A stretch of DNA of 64,000 nucleotides from Candidatus Hadarchaeota archaeon (GCA_964452145.1 CAYVLA010000005.1:1-64000), one strand, 5' to 3'; numbered from the stretch's first letter, positions 40,241 through 50,202 are shown. Notes: a model not told the origin generated them from the letters alone. Numbers and translations are program-made.

Positions 40241-41208
40241 CGACAATGCCCCGTGGACCCGAGCTAGATGCGATTCTCGTCGCCGCCATGATCCTGGTTC
40301 CGTTGGCCAGCGGTTCCCAAAAGCCTGTGACGATCGTCTACAGCGGCCCGGATACCAGAATCGCCGAAGCCCTTGCATCGATCATCCGACAGGATGAGAG
40401 GTTCGCTGACGAGATCTTATTGGTATCAAGTCCAAGCGCGGTCACATTGGCGACGATCCTGCCGACGACGCGGTGCATCGTGATCTACTCGGACCATAGG
40501 AACGATCTGCTCGGACTGGGGTACAGCCTCAAACCCTTCTTTGACCTTGGCGGTGGGCTTGTTGGCATGAGGGATATCTGCTATGAGCCCTCCGCCGGGA
40601 ACCTGTCGAAGGAGGTGTTTCCCGTTCACGGGAATTCGTCCGTCATGCAGACGTCAACGAGCACGAAGCGCGTGCGCACGTACGTTGCGGCTGGCGAATC
40701 CGAAATAACCCTGGGCCTTCCTGGTCGGTTCGGGCTTCCGAGCATGGGTACCTACCTATCGGCCGATGTGAATGGAACCTATGTTCAGATCCCGGGAGAC
40801 TACCAGGCTCTGTATACAGACCACGAGACAGGGTCGCCCCTCGTGTTGGCATTTCGCAGCCAGGCGGGTGGACGATCCGTGGCGTTGCCGGGTATCTGGG
40901 TTGTCAAGACTCCCCGGGTAGACGTCTACTACGGCGCCTTGATGGAGGACGCCAACTTCACAAGGCTTCTCACGAACTCGGTCCTCTGGGCGGCTGAGGG
41001 CACCAGATTCAACCGAGTCATGGATGAAATCAGCTCGAAGCTGGAGGGAGTGGAGGAGGAGAAGATCGACCTGAGAAACCAGGCCCAGGCCATGAAAAGG
41101 AGGGATAGGAACAGACGGCTCCTGAACCTCGCGCTCCTCTGGGCTCTGGGCCTGGCAGCATGTGCAGCCATCGGCAGGAAGCTGGTCCTGGTACGCGTCG
41201 AGGAGTAA
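40237..41208 (+). CDS. Secreted ThuA/GATase-like domain protein with coiled-coil stalk and C-terminal TM
   Basis: Signal peptide; LKPFFDLGGGLVG; PLVLA..GGRSV; LLTNSVLWAA; TM LLNLALLWALGLAACAAIG. Overlaps the family B2 stop (GTGA). Confidence 0.7.
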   Translation: MTTMPRGPELDAILVAAMILVPLASGSQKPVTIVYSGPDTRIAEALASIIRQDERFADEILLVSSPSAVTLATILPTTRCIVIYSDHRNDLLGLGYSLKPFFDLGGGLVGMRDICYEPSAGNLSKEVFPVHGNSSVMQTSTSTKRVRTYVAAGESEITLGLPGRFGLPSMGTYLSADVNGTYVQIPGDYQALYTDHETGSPLVLAFRSQAGGRSVALPGIWVVKTPRVDVYYGALMEDANFTRLLTNSVLWAAEGTRFNRVMDEISSKLEGVEEEKIDLRNQAQAMKRRDRNRRLLNLALLWALGLAACAAIGRKLVLVRVEE

Positions 41209-41473
41209 CCACAGGTCGCAGGGAGGCTCTTCCCGACTCACCCGGGGAAGGGAGGGCCGAAACGGACACCTTGGCATGTCCTGATATCTCCCTGACTCCC
41301 GAGAACGGGATGTCTTTCGACCGATGTCCTGTCCGAGAACTGGCTGGCAGTCAAGATCGGCGGGTCTCCGCCAGCGGAATCAATACGCATTTACCGGGTT
41401 GGTTTCCCACATGTGCCAGGCAGGGATCGACCCAGGCCTGGGCCTGATTCGGACTTGCCCGTTCTCCAGTTGC

Positions 41474-41809
41474 TTACTGGCCCGACTTCGACTGCTCTTC
41501 CGGCTTCTCGCCCCGTGCCTTGGTTCGCTTGATCGTCGGCCTGCTCAGCACAATCTCAACGGACGAAACCTTCAGATCGCTGCCATCCTCTCTCTTCACG
41601 GTATCGGTTCCAAGCCTGATGTCCTTGTATATCACATCGGGTAGGAAACGGTTTCTTGTCACTTCGACGACATCGACGGCCGTACTTATGGCTCGTCCCC
41701 GCGCCTTGACAACGACCTCGCTGGTATCCGTCGTGTTGAACTGGGTCACGATCGCCAATACGTAGTTCATCAAACCCTTGCTGCCGATGAACACTGAGTT
41801 CCTATCCAT
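41474..41809 (-). CDS. albA: DNA/RNA-binding chromatin protein Alba
   Basis: VFIGSK..MNYVLA, VKARGRAISTAVDVVE..RNRFL and VSSVEIVL. Confidence 0.95.
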   Translation of the reverse strand: MDRNSVFIGSKGLMNYVLAIVTQFNTTDTSEVVVKARGRAISTAVDVVEVTRNRFLPDVIYKDIRLGTDTVKREDGSDLKVSSVEIVLSRPTIKRTKARGEKPEEQSKSGQ

Positions 41810-42133
41810 GTTCTTCCTCCCTTGTCCGTGCATTCCTCTACTGATGCGCTTCCCAGAGAATCCCTGGTGACATGGCGTGGAGTCGACTGCTTAAGTCTGT
41901 ATCCTTCGCAAAGCTGATGTATTGCGGCCTGAGGCCCGCCTGAGGAGAGTCTGCTATGTGCCGCGCTAGCCAAGGTGTCCTCGCACATCAGGGAGGGGAG
42001 GCCCCGGGTCTGACATGGGGCACTGTAGCCCTCGGCCAGGCCTCGCACCCACATCTTGCGCTGTGTTATCATCATCTTGCACCCAAAGAGATTTAATCCT
42101 ACAACAAAGGTCCCACGGACCGAGATGGCATGC

Positions 42134-43498
42134 ATGAACGCGGTCCTAGTCATCCTTGACAGCCTCCGCCGAGACCATGTGGGATGCTATGGCAATGGCT
42201 GGATCAGGACGCCGAACCTGGATGCCTTCGCCAAGCAGGGCTGCATCTTCGACCGGGCCTTCCCCGAGTCTCTGCCCACGATTCCGGTTAGGCGGGCCCT
42301 CCACACCGGCAAGAGAACCTTTCCGTTCAGGGGGTACGAGCCGGTTAAGGGCGATCACGTCAAGGTCTATGGTTGGCAACCAATCCCTGAGGATCAGGTC
42401 ACATTGTCTGAGATATTGAGGCACCATGGTTACAGAACTGCGTTCATAACCGACACGTACCATCAGTTCAAGCCCTCTATGAACTTCCACAGGGGCTTCG
42501 ACGAGTGGAGGTGGATCCGGGGCCAGGAGTCGGATGCCTACAACTCCAAGCTTGCGGACGAGATCGGCATGCATCTCTCCTCCTCCGGGAAGGGCAACAG
42601 TAGGCTGCTCAGGAGGTATCTGGCCAACATCGTTGAGCGGAAGACCGAGAAGGACTACTTCGCGCCCAAGGTCTTCAGGGAGGCCGTGCGATGGCTAACC
42701 GACAACGGGGATGCGGAGAAGTTCTTCCTCTGCATCGACTCCTTCGACCCGCACGAGCCGTGGGATCCTCCCCAAAGCTACGTGGACCTCTATGACCCGG
42801 GCTATCAGTGCAGGGAAGTCATCACCCCGATGTACACGGACTGGCATTCGTACCTAACGGAGGACGAGCTTCGGCACATGAGGGCCCTGTACGCCGGTGA
42901 GGTGACCATGGTGGATGCCTGGTTCGGCCGCTTCATGAATGCCCTGGACGATCGTGGGCGGCAGGAGGACACCCTGGTCGTGGTCATCTCGGACCATGGT
43001 CACCAGCTGGGCGAGCACGGACCGACGGGAAAGGTCCCCGAGGGACTACACCCGGAACTCATGGATATCCCACTGATCATACGGGAACCGACAGGGCAGG
43101 GCGGCCGGAAGAGGCTGGACCCCTTTGTCTACAACCATGACGTCTTTCCGACGATCCTGTCCTATCTCGGCATCTCGCCTCCAGACCATCCCGACGGCAT
43201 GGATCTGGCCCCACTGATTCGAGGAGAAACCGACGAGACCAGGCCCTATGTCACCTCAGGGTTCAGCGACTATGCCTGGATCCGCGATGATGATTTCGTG
43301 CTGATTCGTAGCTCGGACGGGAACCAACAGATCCTCTACGACCTCGGAACCGACCCCGAGCAGCAAACCGACGTGTCCAGCGAACAACCCGATCAAGCCC
43401 AGCGCTTGACGCAGCTCCTCCTAGCGGACGCAGGGGGACAGCTACCCGACTACCGTGCGCTGATCAGAAGACGGCTGGCCGACTGGTACGAGAGCTGA
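42134..43498 (+). CDS. Sulfatase-like / alkaline phosphatase superfamily hydrolase
   Basis: LDSLRRDH, TPNLD, PTIPVRRALHTG, FDPHEPWDPP, SDHG and LYDL..DP.Q. Confidence 0.88.
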   Translation: MNAVLVILDSLRRDHVGCYGNGWIRTPNLDAFAKQGCIFDRAFPESLPTIPVRRALHTGKRTFPFRGYEPVKGDHVKVYGWQPIPEDQVTLSEILRHHGYRTAFITDTYHQFKPSMNFHRGFDEWRWIRGQESDAYNSKLADEIGMHLSSSGKGNSRLLRRYLANIVERKTEKDYFAPKVFREAVRWLTDNGDAEKFFLCIDSFDPHEPWDPPQSYVDLYDPGYQCREVITPMYTDWHSYLTEDELRHMRALYAGEVTMVDAWFGRFMNALDDRGRQEDTLVVVISDHGHQLGEHGPTGKVPEGLHPELMDIPLIIREPTGQGGRKRLDPFVYNHDVFPTILSYLGISPPDHPDGMDLAPLIRGETDETRPYVTSGFSDYAWIRDDDFVLIRSSDGNQQILYDLGTDPEQQTDVSSEQPDQAQRLTQLLLADAGGQLPDYRALIRRRLADWYES

Positions 43499-43510
43499 GG
43501 AGGAAGCACG

Positions 43511-44572
43511 ATGAATGTCAGGGACAGGGTGCAGGCCGTCCTTAATGGGCGGACCCCGGACAGGATACCCCAGCTCATCTACTCGGGCCACCTGCCTAGA
43601 GGAAGCTTCGAACGCCGGATGAGGAATCTGGGGTTGGGCCTGGACATCAGATGTAGGGTGCACAGAACGGAAACCCCGCATGTCAAGACTGAGAGCAAGA
43701 AGGTCGGCACTTACTCCCACATAGAGACCTCCACGCCCGTCGGAACCCTTCACTCCAAGCGACGGGTTGATATGAGGTTTCAGCTTCCGGGGGGAAGCTG
43801 GTTGCTCGAACACCCAGTGAAGAAGGAGGAGGACCTGGAGGTAGTCAAGTTCATCGTCGAGGACACTGCCTACGAACCATACTATGAGGACTACTGCCAG
43901 AACTATCGAGAGCTGGAGGGGGACGGAGTGGTGACCGTCTCGTCCGGCTACACCCCTTTGATGAGGATCATGATAGAGTTCTTGGGCGTCAAGAGCTTCG
44001 TTCTGATGTACAGACGTAGCCCTCGGGCCATCGAAGAGCTGGTGAAGGTCATTGACCGCAAGTATCTGGAGCTGTACTCCATCATAGCGGAGTCCCCTGC
44101 CGAGATAGTCAGGATAGGCGACAACACCGACGAGGTCATCGTGCCCCCTGCCCTCTTCGAGCGGCACTGCCTCCCCTACTTCGACAAGTACTGCCGAGTT
44201 CTGAGGAAGTCCGGCAAAAAGGTCATCTCACATATGGACGGCAGACTGAAGACTCTAAAGGAGCTGATCGCCCTCACGGAGCTAGATGCCATAGAGGCCT
44301 TCACTCCTCCGCCCACCGGCAACCTGCCGCTCAAGGAGGCCCGGGCCGCTTGGAGCGGGAAGGCCATCTGGATGAACTTCCCCGAGAGCGTCCTGCTTGG
44401 ATCGGCTGAGAGCATCAGGAAGCACACCATGTCCATTCTGAAGGAGATCGCCCCTGGCGATGGGTACATCATCTCCATCACGGAGGACATCCACCCCGAG
44501 CACTACCGTAAAGGTCTGGGGACCTTGACCCGCACGTTATGCAGGCACGGAAGTCTGCCTCTGACGGCCTGA
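43511..44572 (+). CDS. Uroporphyrinogen decarboxylase (URO-D)/MtaA-like protein
   Basis: RVQAVLNG.TPDRIP, EHPVK..EDL, GDN, HMDG and EAFTPPPTGN. Confidence 0.75.
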   Translation: MNVRDRVQAVLNGRTPDRIPQLIYSGHLPRGSFERRMRNLGLGLDIRCRVHRTETPHVKTESKKVGTYSHIETSTPVGTLHSKRRVDMRFQLPGGSWLLEHPVKKEEDLEVVKFIVEDTAYEPYYEDYCQNYRELEGDGVVTVSSGYTPLMRIMIEFLGVKSFVLMYRRSPRAIEELVKVIDRKYLELYSIIAESPAEIVRIGDNTDEVIVPPALFERHCLPYFDKYCRVLRKSGKKVISHMDGRLKTLKELIALTELDAIEAFTPPPTGNLPLKEARAAWSGKAIWMNFPESVLLGSAESIRKHTMSILKEIAPGDGYIISITEDIHPEHYRKGLGTLTRTLCRHGSLPLTA

Positions 44573-44661
44573 ACATTTGCCTTGGGCCAACCGCTCGCCA
44601 GAGGCTGGAAAGCGTTATACGCTCGCGGTGTGAGCCACGTAGCACCCTTGGCGTGGGGCTG

Positions 44662-45915
44662 ATGGGAATGGCTCGAAATCCTTCGTCGAATCCGATCCGG
44701 ACTCTCGTCAGGGTCCTAGTGGTCAGCCTCCTGCTTGCCCCCGCAATCCTGGCCATGGAGACGAGGCAGGATCCCAACACCAGGAGGGTCAGGGCTCTTC
44801 TTGGCGGATTCCCACCTTCAGGATGGCCTGGCTGGGCAGAGGTCTTCACCTTTGCCATTGAGGACCCGAGAATCGATGTGAGGGCAGCGATACCCCACCT
44901 GAGCCTCGACACCCCAATGGTCGACCTGGCTTTCGCCAGACGTGTAGCTAGGATATACATGCCTCGGAACTACGGGTCATTTCTCGACAACGTCGACTTC
45001 GTCGCCCTGATTAACATCGACAGACGCATCTTCACGCCCGAGAACATCGCATGGTTCACGGACGGTGTCATCGATGAAGGCATAGGCCTCCTCATGACCG
45101 GCGGCTCCCAAGGCTTCGGCGGATACGGGGGATTCCCCAGCTGGGCCGACACGGTTCTGGATGAGGTGTTGCCCGTGTACTGCTATGAGGGCGAGCACTC
45201 CAAGTCTTATCTCCCGCGCCTCCGCGTCAATATGCCCGACAACGAACTGGCCAGGAGCATACCATGGGAGGAGGCTCCATGCTACTTTCCATACAACTTC
45301 GTCTCCCCCAAGGAGGGATGCAACGTCATAATCGAATCGCGGGATGAGAAGAAGACCCCGATCATATTCTACTGGGACGTCGGGAAGGGCAGGTGCGTAG
45401 GGGAGCAGAACATCTTCGGGGTCTTTGGCTGCAATTTCATGGAATGGACCTACTTTCAGGACCATGTGATAAACGTCTACTACTACACGGTGGCAGTCCC
45501 ACTGCCCACAGACATCCTCATCGCGCACGAACTACGCAGAAAATGGCATGAGTACAGAATCCAGTTGAAACTGCTGGCCAGCCTGATCGAATTCGCTGAC
45601 AGATTCGGGGCCAACATGCGAACAGTGGACGACCAGATGGAAGGTCTGCGCTCAATCAAGGCCACGGCGGATGATCTGTACCTGGAGAACGACCATCCCG
45701 CGGCTCTGCGCGTGATACAGGAAGCCATCTCCGAGGCTCGGAGGATCGGTCATCTGGCTGTGAGGCTCAAGGACCAGGCCCTCCTCTGGGTCTATGCCAT
45801 AGAGTCGGCGACGACCCTGGGTGTCTTCCTGCTGTCCGGGACCCTGCTCTGGTCACTCATGGTCAGAAAGGCCCTATACACGGAGGTCTCCGGCACTAGG
45901 TGGACCAATAGGTAG
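44662..45915 (+). CDS. Family A membrane protein, copy 5
   Basis: QDPNT.RVR, RIYMPR, GIGLLMTGGSQGFGG..W..T.LDEVLPV, EFADRFGAN, ALLWVYAIES...WSLMVRKALYTEVSGTR. Confidence 0.85.
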   Translation: MGMARNPSSNPIRTLVRVLVVSLLLAPAILAMETRQDPNTRRVRALLGGFPPSGWPGWAEVFTFAIEDPRIDVRAAIPHLSLDTPMVDLAFARRVARIYMPRNYGSFLDNVDFVALINIDRRIFTPENIAWFTDGVIDEGIGLLMTGGSQGFGGYGGFPSWADTVLDEVLPVYCYEGEHSKSYLPRLRVNMPDNELARSIPWEEAPCYFPYNFVSPKEGCNVIIESRDEKKTPIIFYWDVGKGRCVGEQNIFGVFGCNFMEWTYFQDHVINVYYYTVAVPLPTDILIAHELRRKWHEYRIQLKLLASLIEFADRFGANMRTVDDQMEGLRSIKATADDLYLENDHPAALRVIQEAISEARRIGHLAVRLKDQALLWVYAIESATTLGVFLLSGTLLWSLMVRKALYTEVSGTRWTNR

Positions 45916-45938
45916 CAACCGGGGCCGGTATGGTGCGA

Positions 45939-46163
45939 TCAGCAGCCGATGTAGATCTTGTAGCGCGGGCTCGGCCCTCTGTGGGTATAGGTGTTGATGC
46001 ATGCAGGGGGCTCGAAGAAGGCCTCTTGCTTGCTGCGCTCTTGTTTCCACCTCACCCCGGCGACGGTGACAAGGCCTAGGAAGACCACGCTGACCAAGAG
46101 GACCTGGCAGAAGGGGGAGATGCCTTCGAACGTGCCCAGAACAAGCTGAACGGCCTCGTGCAT
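45939..46163 (-). CDS. Small single-pass membrane protein (74 aa)
   Basis: TM VLLVSVVFLGLVTVAGV followed by RWK; strong TTTTATAAA box about 25 nt upstream of the ATG. Confidence 0.55.
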   Translation of the reverse strand: MHEAVQLVLGTFEGISPFCQVLLVSVVFLGLVTVAGVRWKQERSKQEAFFEPPACINTYTHRGPSPRYKIYIGC

Positions 46164-46312
46164 ACCCCAAGTTCCGCGCGCCTGTTTATAAAACCGCGAA
46201 GGCCAGGGGATGTAAGACGATCGATGCCGTTCGGTCCACCCAACCGACGAACTGCGTTCGGATGCACCCGGGCCCAGAAAGATACTTGTACCTCTTTCTC
46301 GGATCAGGCGGC

Positions 46313-47584
46313 ATGTTCGAAACGGCCCGGAGGGTAGTGACACATGATGGAGCCCTGGGTCTGATCCTGCTTTCCCTTCTCTTACCTTGTCTGGCCGCAC
46401 CCGCCCAGGACCCGCAGACGGGCAAGGTCAGGGTCCTCTACATCGGTGACTGCTTCGGTGTGCGTGCCAAGCCCTACATCTACATGCTTCGGGATCCACT
46501 GTTCCGGATAACGCCCATACCCATAATCTCGGGCCTTGGAAGCGAGGAGCAGTACCAGGAGCAGACTAGGCAGCTCATGAGGCAGTACATGCCCCGCACG
46601 CTCAAGGCCCACCTGACCAGCTACGATCTGGTGGTTCTAGGAGCCATGCCCGTCTACAACTTCAGGTCCGACCAGATGCTTTGGTTCAAGAAGGGTGTGG
46701 AGGAAGCCGGCCAGGGACTCATGATGATCGGTGGCTACCTCACTTTCGGCGGGAAGCCGCCGAGCCCGTCATGGTCCGGGACAAGCGTGGACGAGGTCCT
46801 CCCCGTTTACTCGCTGGATGGGCAGATCACGGAGAACATCATCATCAAGCCCGTCCCGGTGGACCCAAATCACGGTTTCTGCACCTCCCTTCCCTGGGCT
46901 GCGGCCAAACCCTTTTTCGGCATGAATATCGTGCTGCTCAAGGAGGGCGCGTTCAGTGTCCTGAAAGGCTCGGCCGTCCACGAGAACCCTCTGCTGGCCT
47001 ACTGGGAGATCGGGAGGGGCTCCTCCATGGCCCATGCTCCCGATTGGGCCCCGGGATGGGGGGAATCATTCATGTACTGGCAGTATTTCCCGGATTACGT
47101 CTGCAACCTGCTGTACCTCTTGGCACGCCTCCAAGTCCCCCAAGACCTGAACCTCATGCATGCGGTACGGGCAGCGCTCCACGCCCATATTCAGGAGCGC
47201 GGATACATCCAGACAATGGCCAACTTCGTCGAGGGCTTTGGGGGGAATCCTGATCCCATCTATCGTGGTCTGGCAAGAATTGAGGAAATGACCAGGGAAG
47301 CCTACGATCTCTACGCGGGGCAGGACTATGAGGCTGTCATAGCCAAGATGGATGAGGTGTCTGAGGCGGTGGCAAACCTGGGCCGAAGTGCCATCGAGCT
47401 TAAGAACCGGGCCATGGCGTGGATCTACGCCATAGAATGGCTGACCATCAGCGGGACTCTGATGACGGGGAGCTACATCCTCTGGACGCTCATGGTGCGC
47501 AGAAGGCTGTACAGGCAGGTCACCGTAACGAGGCTGGCCGCCGCGGGGAACGGCAGCGTGGATGAACACGGCGGATCTGGCTAG
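46313..47584 (+). CDS. Family A membrane protein, copy 6
   Basis: QDPQTGKVRVLYIGD, RQYMPR, GLMMIGGYLTFGG..W..T.VDEVLPV, AMAWIYAIEW...WTLMVRRRLYRQVTVTR. Confidence 0.87.
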   Translation: MFETARRVVTHDGALGLILLSLLLPCLAAPAQDPQTGKVRVLYIGDCFGVRAKPYIYMLRDPLFRITPIPIISGLGSEEQYQEQTRQLMRQYMPRTLKAHLTSYDLVVLGAMPVYNFRSDQMLWFKKGVEEAGQGLMMIGGYLTFGGKPPSPSWSGTSVDEVLPVYSLDGQITENIIIKPVPVDPNHGFCTSLPWAAAKPFFGMNIVLLKEGAFSVLKGSAVHENPLLAYWEIGRGSSMAHAPDWAPGWGESFMYWQYFPDYVCNLLYLLARLQVPQDLNLMHAVRAALHAHIQERGYIQTMANFVEGFGGNPDPIYRGLARIEEMTREAYDLYAGQDYEAVIAKMDEVSEAVANLGRSAIELKNRAMAWIYAIEWLTISGTLMTGSYILWTLMVRRRLYRQVTVTRLAAAGNGSVDEHGGSG

Positions 47585-47609
47585 CATCGAGCCAGGGTGT
47601 CCCGAGGGT

Positions 47610-48476
47610 TCAGAGTCCCACCTTCGATGGATGCTCCGGCAGGCCCTTGACGCCCAAAGCCAAACGGAAGAGCCCGCCAGCGCCCGGACCTTCCGATTCC
47701 TTCTTGTCGCCGCCAGCCGTGGTCACATAGATGTCCTTGCAGCCGTTTCCGCCGAAGGTCACGCTTGAGACCTTTCTAGCCGGGAAAGAGATGTGCATGT
47801 CTTCCTTTCCATCAGGACCATATCGCCCCAGCCGGCTGCCATCCCATATGGCCGACCAGACGAAGCCGTGGGAGTCAACCGTCATGCCGTCGGGCGTGCC
47901 ATCGCCGCCTGGGAGGCGAAGGAAGAGTTTTCGGTTTGTGACGTCACCGGTTCTGGACCTGTAGTCGAACAGGTAGATTTCGCGCTTGGCCGAATCGGTG
48001 AAGTACATCCCCTTCCCATCCGGGGTGAAGCCCATTCCGTTAGGACAGCCAACGCCGTCAAGGATCTTGACTAGGTTGCCATCACGCTCGAGCCTGTATA
48101 GGCTGCCGAGATGATTCCTGCTCGGCATGGTCCCGCAGAAGACACGTCCCATCGGGTCAGCGATGACGTCGTTGAAGCGCGAAGAGCGCTCCTCCCGGAT
48201 CTCCGGGATGATGGTTGAGAACGTGCCGTCTCTCCAGACTCGCACAGCCCCTCTCTCCATGAAGAGCAGCAAGGCCCCGTCTGCCTGTATGGTGAAGCCT
48301 CCAACGACGTCGCCCTTGTAGAACTGCTCGTGTCTCCCTGAATCGGGAGAGTAGCGGAACATGCGGCCAGTTGGTATATCCACCCAGTAAAGCTTGCTTT
48401 CGCTCGGATGCCAGAGAGGACCTTCGCCGGTCATGCAACGATAGTCTGCAACCATCTCGGGTATTGTCGTCGACAT
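47610..48476 (-). CDS. SMP-30/gluconolactonase/LRE family protein
   Basis: GEGPLW, LYWVDI, RFND...DP.GR, PNGMGF, PDGMTVD and TFGG. Confidence 0.95.
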   Translation of the reverse strand: MSTTIPEMVADYRCMTGEGPLWHPSESKLYWVDIPTGRMFRYSPDSGRHEQFYKGDVVGGFTIQADGALLLFMERGAVRVWRDGTFSTIIPEIREERSSRFNDVIADPMGRVFCGTMPSRNHLGSLYRLERDGNLVKILDGVGCPNGMGFTPDGKGMYFTDSAKREIYLFDYRSRTGDVTNRKLFLRLPGGDGTPDGMTVDSHGFVWSAIWDGSRLGRYGPDGKEDMHISFPARKVSSVTFGGNGCKDIYVTTAGGDKKESEGPGAGGLFRLALGVKGLPEHPSKVGL

Positions 48477-48772
48477 GGATCAACCTCCGAGGACACACGG
48501 TCCGCACAAGATGTCTTAAGTCTTTGGCCCATGGCCCAGGCCCAGGCCCTGGGCTCCAGCCCCGGCTTCGGGCTCCCATCTCAGTTCGTGTGTCCAAGAC
48601 TCATCACCATGGTAAACCGAACGGTATCCGTTCGCCCTCAGCCATCTCTCAGGGAGGCGACGATCTTCTTCTTGATGCCTGTCCGGCAAGACCGGCCTGA
48701 GGTACTGCTCAAAGATCATCACCTCCGTGACCTCGATCTTGTGTGGGCGAAGGTCACCCATCTGATCAAGCC

Positions 48773-49999
48773 TCAGCCACTCTCTATCAGACGGGTCTGC
48801 TTGACCTCCTTGTACAACCGCCTCCTGACCATGACCAACCACAGAACCGACCCTGTCAGGATGAAGGTTGCGGTGACAACGCACCACTCCGTCAGGAATA
48901 TCCAGAGACTGGCAGCATCCCTCGCCTTTATGGCCTCGTTCATGGCATATGCGCATAGATCGAGCACCGACCCGAAGGCAGCCAGAGATTCTTCCATCCG
49001 GCACTCCACATAGAGCCTCCCCGCCCTTGCCTTCTCAGTCTGGATCTCTCCGGCCAATCTGATCACCGGAGCGCTGTTGCCTCCCAGCTTGTCGACCAGA
49101 TCGATGGTGTAGTAGAGAGTCAGCAGAGCTTCGTTCGCCTCCCTCATCCTGCGCCTGACGAGATAAACCACCTCTAGGTCCTCGGGCAGCTTCTGGCCGG
49201 CGAGGAACAGCATCATGTTGGTCACATAATCTCCGTAGTGCTTCCATCTCATGAAGATCGTGCCCCCGTCAGGCGTCCAATCAACGGCCTGCGCCATGGT
49301 CCTCCCCCTGCCTATATCCCACCACATGAGGCAGGGATCCTCGCCGCCGCCACCGCGCACGATGACGGACAGGAGCGTGGCCGGGGGCGTGGGCTTGAGG
49401 TTGCAGCCGGTGCTAAAAGAGCCGTAGGTCCCCAGGGTCCGGAACGGCAGGCTCTTGGTGAACTCGTCCTCATGATTCACTATCTTCATGACGCCGCCCT
49501 GTATCTTGGGTGGGGACGCGATCATTTCGCACGGCAAGACGCTCGCAACCGAGGTGATCTCCCAGGTTGGATAGGCCCCGCCTCCCCCGGTGAAGCTCTC
49601 AGCCCCACCTATCATGACTAGGCCAAGCCCCTCCCCGACAACGCCTCGGGTCAGCCAATCGAAGTGCTCGGTGCGGAAGGCTTCCCGATTGGCATCGCTA
49701 AGGACTACCACATCGTTGGTGAGGAACTTGGAGTAGGTCCTGGGCATATATGCCCTGACGCTCTTCCTTATGGCCTCGGTGGGCTGGTGCACCGTGCAGG
49801 CATAGACCGCCGTGCAGTACAGGAGTGGGTCGGAGTTCAGCACAGGAAATGGATTGGGTACTCCCATGGCGTCACCGATGTACAGAACCCTAACCCGGCC
49901 CGTGGTGGGGTCGGCCCTCAGCTCACGAGCGTGGCAGGGGCACCACGCTAGGAACAGGAAGACGAGAAGAGCCTCGCAGAGAAGCATGAGGTGCTTCAT
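48773..49999 (-). CDS. Family A membrane protein, copy 7
   Basis: ADPTTGRVRVLYIGD, RAYMPR, DVVVLSD, GLGLVMIGGAESF, SLWIFLTEW...WLVMVRRRLYKEVKQTR. Confidence 0.87.
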   Translation of the reverse strand: MKHLMLLCEALLVFLFLAWCPCHARELRADPTTGRVRVLYIGDAMGVPNPFPVLNSDPLLYCTAVYACTVHQPTEAIRKSVRAYMPRTYSKFLTNDVVVLSDANREAFRTEHFDWLTRGVVGEGLGLVMIGGAESFTGGGGAYPTWEITSVASVLPCEMIASPPKIQGGVMKIVNHEDEFTKSLPFRTLGTYGSFSTGCNLKPTPPATLLSVIVRGGGGEDPCLMWWDIGRGRTMAQAVDWTPDGGTIFMRWKHYGDYVTNMMLFLAGQKLPEDLEVVYLVRRRMREANEALLTLYYTIDLVDKLGGNSAPVIRLAGEIQTEKARAGRLYVECRMEESLAAFGSVLDLCAYAMNEAIKARDAASLWIFLTEWCVVTATFILTGSVLWLVMVRRRLYKEVKQTRLIESG

Positions 50000-50202
50000 T
50001 GAACTTACGCGAGGTAGCGTTCCGTCCCTATAAGTCTTGCTGGAGGGGGTGGGTGTGGGTACGGGAGTACTGGGCGGAAAGTCCATTAAGAAGCGAGCTG
50101 ATCCCATCGATCGCAGCTTTCGTAGACCCTTCTGGTGCAGCATCTGGAAACCCTTTTCTTCCAGGGTCATTGTCTCTGTTCCAATCCACAGGGGGCTCAC
50201 CG

